Translations under genes and position numbers: made by a program
Assembly (NCBI GenBank): GCA_017601145.1
Contig: JAFNIV010000004.1
Span: forward strand, 16,743-80,742
From: Candidatus Brockarchaeota archaeon
Lineage (GTDB): Archaea > Thermoproteota > EX4484-205 > JAAOZO01
DNA: 64,000 nt
Direction: 5' to 3'
In this document: one piece after another, positions 45,072 through 54,519 of the stretch
How the letters are laid out: each line of letters opens with the position of its first letter
Position numbering within the stretch: position 1 is the first letter of the stretch
Notes under the pieces: model-generated
The model's input: only the letters and a program-made list of their open reading frames with translations
Told to the model about the DNA's origin: nothing
Database searches by the model: none

Positions 45072-46616
45072 ATGAAAGAAAACTCAAAAAGAAATTGGGT
45101 AGCGGTAATGGATTTTGGCTCTCAGTATGCACATCTTATAGTAAGAAGGATAAGGGAATTAGGAGTTTACAGCGAAATTGTGCCATACGATGCTAGCTAC
45201 GACAAACTAGAAGGTGCTAAAGCAATCATACTTTCAGGAGGTCCAGCAAGCGTATACTTGCCAAATTCTCCAAAACCAAAAATTAACCTTGTAGATTTGA
45301 AGATACCAATCTTAGGGATATGCTATGGGCATCAACTAATAAGTTTTATTTTTGGTGCAGAAGTTGGAAAAGCAAAATCAGCAGAATTTGGAAAGACAAT
45401 ACTCACGCACAATGGAAATGGAAAAATATTGAAGGGGTTACCAAGTAATTTTATAGTTTGGATGAGTCACTCTGATGAAGTAAAAACTTTGCCGTCTTTG
45501 TTCAAGGTCGTGGCAAGCACAGAAAGTTGTAAGTTTGCTGCACTTGAACATGAAAAACTACCAATCTTCACAGTGCAATTTCATCCTGAAGTTTTTCACA
45601 CCCAATATGGAAATGAAATTTTTAGTAAGTTTTTGTTTGAAGTATGTAAGTGCGAAAAAAGTTGGTCTATAAAAGATTATGCAGAAGAAATGATAAATTT
45701 TATAAAAAAAGAAGTTAATGCTTCTAAAGCAATATGTGCCGTAAGCGGTGGAGTTGACTCAACCACCGCAGCTTTCTTGACGCAAGAGGCAATCGGAGAT
45801 AACTTAGCAGTTTTGTTCATAGACACTGGACTTTTAAGAGAAAATGAAGCTAAAAATACACTGTTAATGTTGAAGAAGATTTTTGGCTCTAAGGTACACT
45901 TTGTTGATGCAAGCAAACAATTTTTAGAAAAATTAAGAACCATAAAAGACCCTGAACAAAAAAGAAAAATAATAGGAGAGGAATTCATTAGAATTTTTGA
46001 AGAAGAAGCTAAAAAGCTTGGCAACTTTGAGTATTTAGTTCAAGGAACACTTTACCCTGACATAATTGAAAGTGCTGCTGTTTCTGGACCAGCTTCAAAG
46101 ATAAAGTCTCATCATAATGTGGGAGGATTGCCAGAAAAAATGAAATTTAAGTTAATAGAACCATTAAAGTACCTCTACAAAGATGAAGTTAGGAAGTTAG
46201 CTGAATCTTTAGGCTTACCTGCTGAGCTAATAAAGAAACATCCATTCCCAGGACCTGGTTTAGCAGTTAGAATAATTGGAGAAGTGACGGAAGAAAAATT
46301 AGAAATCTGCAGAAAGGCAAACAAGATTGTTGAAGAAGAGTTGATAAAGGCAAATTTATATGATAAGGTATGGCAAGCGTTTGCAATAGTTGGAGATGAT
46401 AAGGCTACGGGCGTAAAAGGAGATGAGAGAAGCTATGGTTACATAGTTACGGTAAGGATAGTAGAATCAGTCGATGCGATGACTGCATCGTGGTCGAGAG
46501 TGCCTTATGATCTTTTAGATTCTATTTCGAAAAGAATAACAAACGAAATATCTAACGTTACTTGGATTACTTATGCTATAGTTGATAAACCACCATCGAC
46601 GATTGAACCTCAATGA
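45072..46616 (+). CDS. guaA: GMP synthase (glutamine-hydrolysing), fused GATase + ATP-PPase
   Basis: GATase triad blocks (GICYGHQ, HPE), PP-loop SGGVDS, and the C-terminal dimerisation domain ending KPPSTIEPQ. Confidence 0.9.
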   Translation: MKENSKRNWVAVMDFGSQYAHLIVRRIRELGVYSEIVPYDASYDKLEGAKAIILSGGPASVYLPNSPKPKINLVDLKIPILGICYGHQLISFIFGAEVGKAKSAEFGKTILTHNGNGKILKGLPSNFIVWMSHSDEVKTLPSLFKVVASTESCKFAALEHEKLPIFTVQFHPEVFHTQYGNEIFSKFLFEVCKCEKSWSIKDYAEEMINFIKKEVNASKAICAVSGGVDSTTAAFLTQEAIGDNLAVLFIDTGLLRENEAKNTLLMLKKIFGSKVHFVDASKQFLEKLRTIKDPEQKRKIIGEEFIRIFEEEAKKLGNFEYLVQGTLYPDIIESAAVSGPASKIKSHHNVGGLPEKMKFKLIEPLKYLYKDEVRKLAESLGLPAELIKKHPFPGPGLAVRIIGEVTEEKLEICRKANKIVEEELIKANLYDKVWQAFAIVGDDKATGVKGDERSYGYIVTVRIVESVDAMTASWSRVPYDLLDSISKRITNEISNVTWITYAIVDKPPSTIEPQ

Positions 46617-46647
46617 TTAACTTTAGTAAAAATATTTCAATCTTTAT

Positions 46648-47538
46648 TTACTTGTGAATTAAATTTTTAATGAACTCTACATCTTTCTTAAGTATTTCTT
46701 TTCTTTCATTTCGTTTATAGTTACCTAACGATTCATCTTCTATAGTCAAATCACCGTTGTAGTTTGCTTCTTTTAGAAGTTGAACAACTTTCTTAAAGTC
46801 AATGTCTCCTTCGTATAAAGGCACTCCAACTTTTGGAAAGCCTTCTCCTGGCTTTCGTTGAACCTCTTTTTTGTTTTCTGGATACTTTAGATTCTTGAGA
46901 TGAGTATGCCTTACGAAACGAGCGTACTTTCCTATAATTTGGTGAACTTTACTTAGAGGATAGCCGTACCAATAAAAATTCCCAGTATCTAAAGTTAATC
47001 CAAATCGAGTGCTATTTATTTCCTTAAAAGCGTAATCTAAGAATTGCTCATTATTTCCAATGTAACCGTGATTTTCTACAGCATAAACTACACTACTGTT
47101 ATTTGTTTCTTCTATTATGGATGTTAATATCTCAACAAACTGCTTACTATAAAACTCAACAGACCGATCTTTTTTTATATTCATGTGAGGATTAATACGA
47201 ATTACTTTGACTCCAATATCATCTGCAAGTTGTGTTGCTTCCTTTATATAGCTTATTTCTTCTTTCAAGTTATCGTTTGAAAAATCATTTTCTAACAAAA
47301 TAGCACAAGGTTCTATTCCAACACTTTCAGAAAATTTTACAAAATTCTTTCTTTCTTCTGGAGTTCTAAGGTTAAACCCCAGTTTGACTTCTTGACCCAT
47401 ATCTACATAAGTGTCTTGACTCAACTTTTTGTTAACATGCATTTCGTATTTATCTATTCCTAATTCCTTTAGTCCTTCTGCTAAATTTTTGTAGCCTACC
47501 CAAATAACTGTAAAATCTCTTACAGATACAAACATCAC
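46648..47538 (-). CDS. sugar phosphate isomerase/epimerase (xylose-isomerase-like TIM barrel)
   Basis: Barrel blocks VENHG, LDTGN, HTHLKN. Confidence 0.7.
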   Translation of the reverse strand: MMFVSVRDFTVIWVGYKNLAEGLKELGIDKYEMHVNKKLSQDTYVDMGQEVKLGFNLRTPEERKNFVKFSESVGIEPCAILLENDFSNDNLKEEISYIKEATQLADDIGVKVIRINPHMNIKKDRSVEFYSKQFVEILTSIIEETNNSSVVYAVENHGYIGNNEQFLDYAFKEINSTRFGLTLDTGNFYWYGYPLSKVHQIIGKYARFVRHTHLKNLKYPENKKEVQRKPGEGFPKVGVPLYEGDIDFKKVVQLLKEANYNGDLTIEDESLGNYKRNERKEILKKDVEFIKNLIHK

Positions 47539-47613
47539 GCACTATCAGACATCTTATGAAAACGAGAATTAATAAAGCTTTAGCAAACACTTACCTAAAA
47601 AAATTAATGCTTA

Positions 47614-48258
47614 CTAATCACTTTGTATAAAACTTAAAATTTCCAGCACTTCTTCATCAGTTACTTGGCGAAAATCTTCATAAAACTCGCCAACTGCATA
47701 AAACGTAGAAGGCATTATCAAACTAATTACTTCATCCGCTTCATTCTTAAGTAAGACAAAAGCTTCAGGAGAAATTACGGGAGCTGCAACTATTACTTTT
47801 TTGGCACCTTTGGCTCTAACAGACCTAATCGCTACAATCATAGTAGCACCAGTAGCTATACCATCATCAACAATTATAACTTCTTTTTTAATAATTGAAA
47901 AAGGTTTTCCTTTTCTATACAAGAACATCCTCCTCTTTGCTTCTTGTATTTGTCGTTTTATCTCTTCTTCAATATAACTTTTGTTCACACCAACCAAACT
48001 AACAATTTCATTGTTTATATAAACTTGACCTTCTGGACTTACAGCGCCTAAAGCCAATTCAGGATTAAATGGAGCACCTATTTTTCTTGGAGCTATAATA
48101 TCAAGTGTTAGTCCTAGCGCTACTGCAACTTCCTTTGCAACAACTACACCTCCACGAGGTATTGCAAGCAATATTGTATTTTCTCTATCATTTATTACAA
48201 ACTTAAGTTTTTCTGAAAGCAGTTGACCCGCTTCTTCCCTGTTCTTAAACATACTCAA
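47614..48258 (-). CDS. phosphoribosyltransferase (COG1926-type)
   Basis: Intact PRPP loop VIIVDDGIATGATM and the N-terminal F.dR.eAG..L pattern. Confidence 0.8.
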   Translation of the reverse strand: MSMFKNREEAGQLLSEKLKFVINDRENTILLAIPRGGVVVAKEVAVALGLTLDIIAPRKIGAPFNPELALGAVSPEGQVYINNEIVSLVGVNKSYIEEEIKRQIQEAKRRMFLYRKGKPFSIIKKEVIIVDDGIATGATMIVAIRSVRAKGAKKVIVAAPVISPEAFVLLKNEADEVISLIMPSTFYAVGEFYEDFRQVTDEEVLEILSFIQSD

Positions 48259-48311
48259 AAAACAAAGAAGCTAAAATTTAAGTGTTGTTTGCAATTCTAG
48301 AAAAATATTTA

Positions 48312-48345
48312 GAGCTATAACTATACAAATAGTTGCATATAGCTC
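48312..48345. repeat. nested inverted repeat (GAGCTATA-ACTAT-acaa-ATAGT-tgca-TATAGCTC)
   Basis: Read directly from the sequence. It lies in the divergent spacer between the PRT gene and pdaD. Confidence 0.6.
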
Positions 48346-48499
48346 ATCTAAGTTACTGGCGTGTTTTTTGTACATTTATGCTCCTGTAGACTCAAGACAA
48401 TTGAGTAAAGTCGAACTGAGACTAGTAAGATTGATGAATACGTATAAACTAGTTGAAAACCATTGGGAGAAAGCTTTATTTTACACTTTTTATTCATAG

Positions 48500-49069
48500 A
48501 TGCGCAAGATGGATAGGGACGACCTTATCGCTAAAGAGATGTTCTTTACTAAAGGCGTTGGAGTACATAAGGAAAGACTTGCTGCATTTGAGCTTGCATT
48601 AAGAGATGCGGGAATAGCGGCTTTCAACTTGGTTCCAGTTTCAAGTATAATCCCACCAGGATGCAAGATAATTTCAAGAGAAGATGGATTAAAAAAATTA
48701 AAACCAGGTCAAATGATTTTTGTTGTTATGGCAAGGAATGAAACAAATGAACCAAATAGGTTAATAGCTGCGAGCATAGGCGCAGCCATACCCCTAGACA
48801 ATGAAACTTACGGATACTTAAGTGAGCACCACTCCTTTGGACAGACAGAAAAGAAGGCCGGAGACTACGCTGAAGACCTTGCCGCGTTCATGCTAGCTTC
48901 AACTTTAGGTGTACCGTTTGATCCAGACAAGAGTTGGGATGAACAAAAAGAGATTTGGAAAATAAGTGGTAAAAAAGTTAGGACTACTAACATTACACAA
49001 TCAGCAGTTGGGAACAAAGATGGACTTTGGACAGCTGTAATTGCTGCAGCAGTCTTCCTACTTTCTTAG
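48500..49069 (+). CDS. pdaD: pyruvoyl-dependent arginine decarboxylase
   Basis: FFTKGVGVH, the self-cleavage site [11 protein letters not shown] (Ser-Ser), and the C-terminal block typical of PdaD. Confidence 0.85.
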   Translation: MRKMDRDDLIAKEMFFTKGVGVHKERLAAFELALRDAGIAAFNLVPVSSIIPPGCKIISREDGLKKLKPGQMIFVVMARNETNEPNRLIAASIGAAIPLDNETYGYLSEHHSFGQTEKKAGDYAEDLAAFMLASTLGVPFDPDKSWDEQKEIWKISGKKVRTTNITQSAVGNKDGLWTAVIAAAVFLLS

Positions 49070-49071
49070 AT

Positions 49072-49959
49072 ATGAGAACGTATCCAGATTGCATCTATTG
49101 CGTTATAGATGACATTTACCAGGCTACATTAAGCTTACCAGAAGAAAGAAGAAAAGAGGTTTTATTAAAAGTACTAAAGATGGTTTCGGACAAATATAAT
49201 GAAAAACAGGAACCTTCTGTTTTAATTACAGAGGCACATAGAATTTTAAAGAAAACAACGAACATAAAAGATCCGTTCTATAACTTAAAGAAAATTTCGC
49301 TAAAGGTTGGGAAAAATATAGCTAGAAAAATTTCAAAAGAATTAGATAGGTTAGAAAAAAGAGAAAAGTTAAAAGTTTTACTTAAGGCTTCAGCAATCTC
49401 AAACATTCTTGACATAAGATCTATAGGCGTTGGATATAGAAACAAGGCTGAAGAACTAGAAGCACAGTTTTGGAGATTATTCAAGGAGAAGCTAAAAGTT
49501 GACGATAGTAAAAAAATAGCCTCGCTCCTTATGGAAGAAGGAAAGAACATAACTTACCTCCTAGACAATGTAGGAGAACTTCCGATCGATTCAATGTTAA
49601 TAAAAGAAATTTCTAATAACAACACAACTGTAGTAAGCAGAAGTAATCCTATTACTAGTGATGCAACTTTAGAAGACGTAATGAAATTTTCAAACATTGG
49701 AAAATTTTCAAAAGTTATCGAATCAGGTTCTGACACGCTTGGAATAATTTTTGAACAAAGTAATAAAGAAGTTGTAGAGCTAATAAAAAATTCAGATATA
49801 GTTATAAGCAAGGGGCAAGCAAACTTTTATAGCATTTACGATAACGCCGACAAAATAAAAGGAACAGCAATAAGTTTGATGTTTACTAAATGTAGTATAG
49901 TCTCTAGGATCTTTGGTTACAAGAAAAAAATAGGAGTAGTATGCATAGTTAAAGAGTGA
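49072..49959 (+). CDS. DUF89 / ARMT1-like damage-control phosphatase family
   Basis: MRTYPDCIYC start, LLDNVGELPID and SKGQANFY blocks. The ATG at 49072 is 2 nt after the pdaD stop. The longer 49027 start would overlap pdaD. Confidence 0.7.
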   Translation: MRTYPDCIYCVIDDIYQATLSLPEERRKEVLLKVLKMVSDKYNEKQEPSVLITEAHRILKKTTNIKDPFYNLKKISLKVGKNIARKISKELDRLEKREKLKVLLKASAISNILDIRSIGVGYRNKAEELEAQFWRLFKEKLKVDDSKKIASLLMEEGKNITYLLDNVGELPIDSMLIKEISNNNTTVVSRSNPITSDATLEDVMKFSNIGKFSKVIESGSDTLGIIFEQSNKEVVELIKNSDIVISKGQANFYSIYDNADKIKGTAISLMFTKCSIVSRIFGYKKKIGVVCIVKE

Positions 49960-50035
49960 TCTTAAACGACAGCAAAGAATGAACAATAGTTGAGACCTAG
50001 AAAGAGATTTATACGCAGTTATGAACTAAAAAAGT

Positions 50036-50731
50036 ATGGGGATCATAGGAATCTCATACGAAGCCATAGTAGCAGACCTTCCAATAGTTGCAGCCTTAAT
50101 AGTTTGGAACTTCTTCGTGATTTTAGTGCTATCGAAAGAAGTTTATAAATTTGCCTTAAGAAAAGGAAGGTCAGAACATTCTTCAATCTACTTTTCAAGG
50201 AAGACTATTCATTTCCTAGCAGGTGGACTTACAGCAGTTTTGCTGCCATATTTTGCCCATGAGCCAATTTTACCTGCTTTACTGGCTTTTGGATTTGCAC
50301 TAATGACCTACATACCACATAAGATCAATAAGTTAATGTACTGGTTTCAGGATCCAGAAAATGTTTACGAAGTTAACTTTACGATAGTTTGGGGAATAGT
50401 TATTCTCTTAACTTGGTATATAGATAAAACTTTTTGGCTTGGAGTAATACCAATTCTCTTTATGTCTTGGGGAGATGGGATTACAGGAGTAATAAGAAAC
50501 TTAATTTATAACAAAAGAACTAAGGCATGGGAAGGTACAGTAGGAATGCTTATACTAGATACTATGATTGGAACAAAAATGGGGTTTGCAGGAATTATTG
50601 CTGCAGTTGTGAGTGCATTCGTTGAAAGAATAGAATCATTTGACGATAACATTTCAGTCCCAGTGGTTAGTCTTATAATTTTACTAATTGCAAAAGTTTA
50701 CTTTGCGCCTTTTACTGCTCCATTATTCTAG
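50036..50731 (+). CDS. polyprenol (dolichol/phytol) kinase / CTP-transferase-1 family membrane protein
   Basis: Multi-TM protein with SRKTIHFLAGG, SWGDGITGVIRN, KAWEGTVGM and FDDNISVP blocks as in SEC59/VTE5-type kinases. Confidence 0.55.
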   Translation: MGIIGISYEAIVADLPIVAALIVWNFFVILVLSKEVYKFALRKGRSEHSSIYFSRKTIHFLAGGLTAVLLPYFAHEPILPALLAFGFALMTYIPHKINKLMYWFQDPENVYEVNFTIVWGIVILLTWYIDKTFWLGVIPILFMSWGDGITGVIRNLIYNKRTKAWEGTVGMLILDTMIGTKMGFAGIIAAVVSAFVERIESFDDNISVPVVSLIILLIAKVYFAPFTAPLF

Positions 50732-50798
50732 TACTCCAAAGAAGTAAAGTTACTATATCGCAAAATTAAAAAGGTTCTTTTTCTAATAAACAAGAAGG

Positions 50799-52550
50799 AT
50801 GTTGGAAAGTTATAAAGAACCAAGCAGGCTTTATGATATTATAGAAGGAAAAAGTAAGGCGAATTTAATTATAAAAGGAGGAAAAATTTTAAACGTTTAC
50901 ACAGAAGAAATCATAGAAGATGCAGATGTTGCAATTTATGGTAATAGGATAGTAAAGATAGGAGACTGTTCAAGCCTTATAGGAAAAGAAACAAGGGTAT
51001 TAAACGCGAAAGAGAGATTCGTCGTACCAGGTTTTATAGACTCATTTTTAATACTTGAATCTTCTATGCAGATGCTGACTACGTATGCAGAATATGCTTT
51101 AAGTGGAGGAATCACAACAACAGTACTTTTTCCAGCCCCACTATTAAGGCTCTTTGGAAAAGAAGGAATAAAGTTTCTTGAAGAAGAATTGCTAAGTATG
51201 CCCATTAGAGTATATTATATGATTCCTTTATCAATTGATGATGATTTATCAACGATAATCCCAAATCATGAAACCTTTGTTGAACTTTTGTTAAATAAAA
51301 AAGTTCTCGGAGTTTTTGGGTTTTCGAAGAGTTTAATCGAATTAGATTTCAAGAATGTTATTAGTCAGTACATTTCGGATTCCGAACTATCTGGAAAACC
51401 TATTGGAGGATTTGCGCCACTTGATGAAAAATTTATTGATGTATCTTCAAATTTAGGACTGAAATTCTTTAGTTACATACGAAACAAAGAAAATGCAACA
51501 AAAATTCTCAGAAATGGAAACTACTTAGTTTTAAGTTCACTTGATCTTTGGAAATTAAAAGAAATCATAGAAACAATCTTTAATAATAAAGTACCTACAG
51601 ATAAAATTGTACTTAGTACTGGTCTATTGGATGTAAGAGAACTGTCTAGGGGGAACCATCTGAGTAACTTATTTAGCTACATTGTTAAATTAGGAATTGA
51701 CCCAATTAAAGCTGTTAAGTTTTTAACAATAAATTCTGCTAGACTATTTGGAATAGAAAACGTGATTGGATCGATTGCTCCTGGGAAAATTGCAGATATT
51801 GTTGTACTGAAAGATTTAACTAAGTTTGAAGTTTACGCAACAGTAGCAGATGGAAATATTTGCTTTTTAGATAATAAATTTCACATTAAATTTAAGGTCT
51901 CTAGGCAACCAGAATACTTAATGGAAACTATAAGTTACCTTCATGGTCTAAATCCTGAACTTCTTCAAGTCGACGTTAGCTCAGGAAACAACGTTAAGAT
52001 TAGGGTAATAAAGGTAAGTGATGAAAGCATTGATACAGAAGAAGAGGTTGTACTGCTTCCAGTAGTTAATGGTAAAGTTGTGTGCGATCCAACAAACGAC
52101 ATTGTGCATATATCACTCATCGGCAGAAAGGGAGATTATATACAAAATGCGTTTGTGAAAGGCATTGGAATAAAAAGAGGGGCAATAGCTTCAACCTTAA
52201 ACTTTGGATCCAATGGAATAATAGTGATAGGTACTAATGCAAGAGATATGCTTGAAGCAGTTCATAATATAACTAAAACGAAGGGAGGTATTTCTGTAGT
52301 AGAAAATGGGCATAACTTGTTTTCGCTTTCTTTACCTCTAGCAGGATTCATGAGTTTTGAAGTTGCAAAGCAACTATCATTTGAGATTGAAGCATTGTAT
52401 AAAAACTTATACAAGATAGGATGCAAAAATGAAAAATTTTTACTGATAGTTTCTACATTATCTGATGTAAACATTCCAAAGGTTAGGATAACGAAGAATG
52501 GATTGTTTGATGTAGAGAGAGGAAAAATTGTAAAGACGATTGTATCTTAG
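50799..52550 (+). CDS. adenine-deaminase-fold protein with substituted metal/catalytic ligands (probable pseudoenzyme)
   Basis: Ade-like length and architecture (GGKILNVYT..., VVPGFID...ESSM, C-terminal Ade domain). The HxH reads SFLIL, and the other ligand blocks are also replaced. Confidence 0.65.
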   Translation: MLESYKEPSRLYDIIEGKSKANLIIKGGKILNVYTEEIIEDADVAIYGNRIVKIGDCSSLIGKETRVLNAKERFVVPGFIDSFLILESSMQMLTTYAEYALSGGITTTVLFPAPLLRLFGKEGIKFLEEELLSMPIRVYYMIPLSIDDDLSTIIPNHETFVELLLNKKVLGVFGFSKSLIELDFKNVISQYISDSELSGKPIGGFAPLDEKFIDVSSNLGLKFFSYIRNKENATKILRNGNYLVLSSLDLWKLKEIIETIFNNKVPTDKIVLSTGLLDVRELSRGNHLSNLFSYIVKLGIDPIKAVKFLTINSARLFGIENVIGSIAPGKIADIVVLKDLTKFEVYATVADGNICFLDNKFHIKFKVSRQPEYLMETISYLHGLNPELLQVDVSSGNNVKIRVIKVSDESIDTEEEVVLLPVVNGKVVCDPTNDIVHISLIGRKGDYIQNAFVKGIGIKRGAIASTLNFGSNGIIVIGTNARDMLEAVHNITKTKGGISVVENGHNLFSLSLPLAGFMSFEVAKQLSFEIEALYKNLYKIGCKNEKFLLIVSTLSDVNIPKVRITKNGLFDVERGKIVKTIVS

Positions 52551-52745
52551 GAATTTTTAGGTCTGCTTAAGTCTAGATTTGATATTCTTGTAACAAAATT
52601 TGGAGCCTTAGATTCTTCAAATTATGTTTACTACAAAGCTGTTATGTTAAAACTAGAACTTTATGTTCTATTAGCTCGCAACAGCATTAATGAAAACAAA
52701 AAATAAAGATATCTCCAGAGCGAGAGTTCTAACCTTTATTGTTTA

Positions 52746-53657
52746 TTAGAGGTAACCTTCATCCTTCAGCTTTTTTTCCAACGTTCTAATTTTATCACTT
52801 ATGTCCTTACCTAAGTCTTTTCTAGAAACAATTTTACGTTGAGACGGATAACCGCCAATTTCTGAAAATGCTTTCTTTGCCAAATCGTCAGCTTCTCCTT
52901 TCTCAAAAGTTTTCCAGCCATTAAAATGAATGTAGCCATCTACACTAACCCAAGATAAATTAAAGGAATCAAGCGAATTTCTTTCTATTACTACTGCTAC
53001 TCTATCTAAGTTTCTATGCAAAGATAAAGGAGCTGTAAAGACTCTTTGAGGATCTATTTCATTGTCAACTCTAACGCCTCCTGGCAAATCTCTCTTGATT
53101 TTCCTTATCACGAACTCAGTAAAAGAATAGGCTAAGTCTAGGGGATGAATTTTCTCATAAATTTCTGAAGAGAATGCATTATCGTTTATATGCACGTGCA
53201 TTCCCTCCCCGCTCCACTTTAATATTATAGACTTAGAAATATTTTCCGATTCAAGTGTTTTTAATATTAATTTAGCAGCAACTATAGCTAGCTTCCAATC
53301 GCCTTTTTCAAGGTCTATATCCCAAGTTGGCATGGCAGCAATTGCATTGCTTAAGTTTTTCACATCATCCTCAAGTAAAATTCTATTAAAACGAAGCACA
53401 CTTGAATAAAAAGTTCTTGGAGAAAAAATTTTTAGACTTTTCACTATAGCTTCAACATCGTTTGCGTCCTCTACTACTAATGGATGTCCATCTTTCTCGT
53501 ACCTGAACATTAAGTTTCTGTTTTTCTTATCCTTTTTTTGGCAATGGATAGCAACCCATCTGCTTTTTGAAAATGATAATATTTCTTCTTTAACCTCTTT
53601 CTTAGAATAATGCTCTAGCACTTTTTCAAAGTCCATTTGATTTGACGTTGGCCTCAT
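52746..53657 (-). CDS. priS: archaeo-eukaryotic primase (AEP) small-subunit-like protein
   Basis: AEP motif I PTWDIDL (DxD), motif II WSGEGMHVH, motif III VDNEIDPQRVFTAPLSLH. No zinc-knuckle Cys pairs. Confidence 0.55.
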   Translation of the reverse strand: MRPTSNQMDFEKVLEHYSKKEVKEEILSFSKSRWVAIHCQKKDKKNRNLMFRYEKDGHPLVVEDANDVEAIVKSLKIFSPRTFYSSVLRFNRILLEDDVKNLSNAIAAMPTWDIDLEKGDWKLAIVAAKLILKTLESENISKSIILKWSGEGMHVHINDNAFSSEIYEKIHPLDLAYSFTEFVIRKIKRDLPGGVRVDNEIDPQRVFTAPLSLHRNLDRVAVVIERNSLDSFNLSWVSVDGYIHFNGWKTFEKGEADDLAKKAFSEIGGYPSQRKIVSRKDLGKDISDKIRTLEKKLKDEGYL

Positions 53658-53669
53658 TCAGTTAACTTT

Positions 53670-54476
53670 TTATACATCAATAATTTCAACTTCTGGTTTT
53701 TGACCTAATACTTTAGCTGAAATAATTTTCTTGTCTCCTATGACCTTCCAATTACCTTCATAAATCTTTTCAGAAGATATCACTGTGAAATCTTTTTCTA
53801 AACTATAAACCATAGTAAAGTAAGGTGTTTCCTTAAAGCAAAAAGAAGAATTAATTTTTGGTTCATATAAGAACCTGTTAAGTGCATAAAGGTTTCTTCC
53901 ATCACTTAGTATCAAGTTTAATGCAGAAAACGGGAGCTTTACATCAACTTTGGACCTTTCGTAAATTCTCCATAACTCTACTTCAAGTTCTTTTAGTGCA
54001 TCAACGATGTTTCCTTTCTCTTTAATTAACTTCATAACTAACCAGAACAAAATTTCACTATCGTTTTGTCCTTGGACAAGTTCCTTATAGCTACCTAAGC
54101 TTTCTTGAACTTGATCTGGTATTTCTACTGAGCCATTATGAACAAACAAATACGATCCATAAAAGAATGGTTGTGAATTATTTTCTGATATTAAAACTTC
54201 TCTTGGTAGCTTTCTTGGATTGCTTGCTTTTCTAACATGCGCAATAAATAAATTAGAATTTATACCTCTAGCTATACTTACAAAACGTTCAGTTTCATCA
54301 TATACAGCCTTTTCACTTTTTGTAACATTGAGTCCATCCTCTGTGTAGTAACCAATACCCCATCCATCTCCCTGCTTACCAAGTTTTGCTTGCTCTAGAA
54401 GAGAGCAACGTGAATCTACTAAGAATTTTAATGCTGACATTTTCCGACTTGATATAACACCAAACATTCTGCACAT
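53670..54476 (-). CDS. class II (Ntn) glutamine amidotransferase, YafJ/COG0121 type
   Basis: MCRMFG N-terminal nucleophile Cys, DGWGIGYY, HVRKAS, NSQPF. Confidence 0.8.
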   Translation of the reverse strand: MCRMFGVISSRKMSALKFLVDSRCSLLEQAKLGKQGDGWGIGYYTEDGLNVTKSEKAVYDETERFVSIARGINSNLFIAHVRKASNPRKLPREVLISENNSQPFFYGSYLFVHNGSVEIPDQVQESLGSYKELVQGQNDSEILFWLVMKLIKEKGNIVDALKELEVELWRIYERSKVDVKLPFSALNLILSDGRNLYALNRFLYEPKINSSFCFKETPYFTMVYSLEKDFTVISSEKIYEGNWKVIGDKKIISAKVLGQKPEVEIIDV

Positions 54477-54519
54477 GAAGTTTTAATAAAAGAAATGTCT
54501 TTTTAAATTTTACCTGTAA

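Noticed and set aside
49027-49071. An upstream extension of the DUF89 ORF ([15 protein letters not shown]...) overlapping the pdaD 3' end.
   Set aside because: The DUF89 family typically begins close to the CxxC block. The ATG at 49072 gives MRTYPDCIYC and avoids a 43-nt overlap with pdaD.
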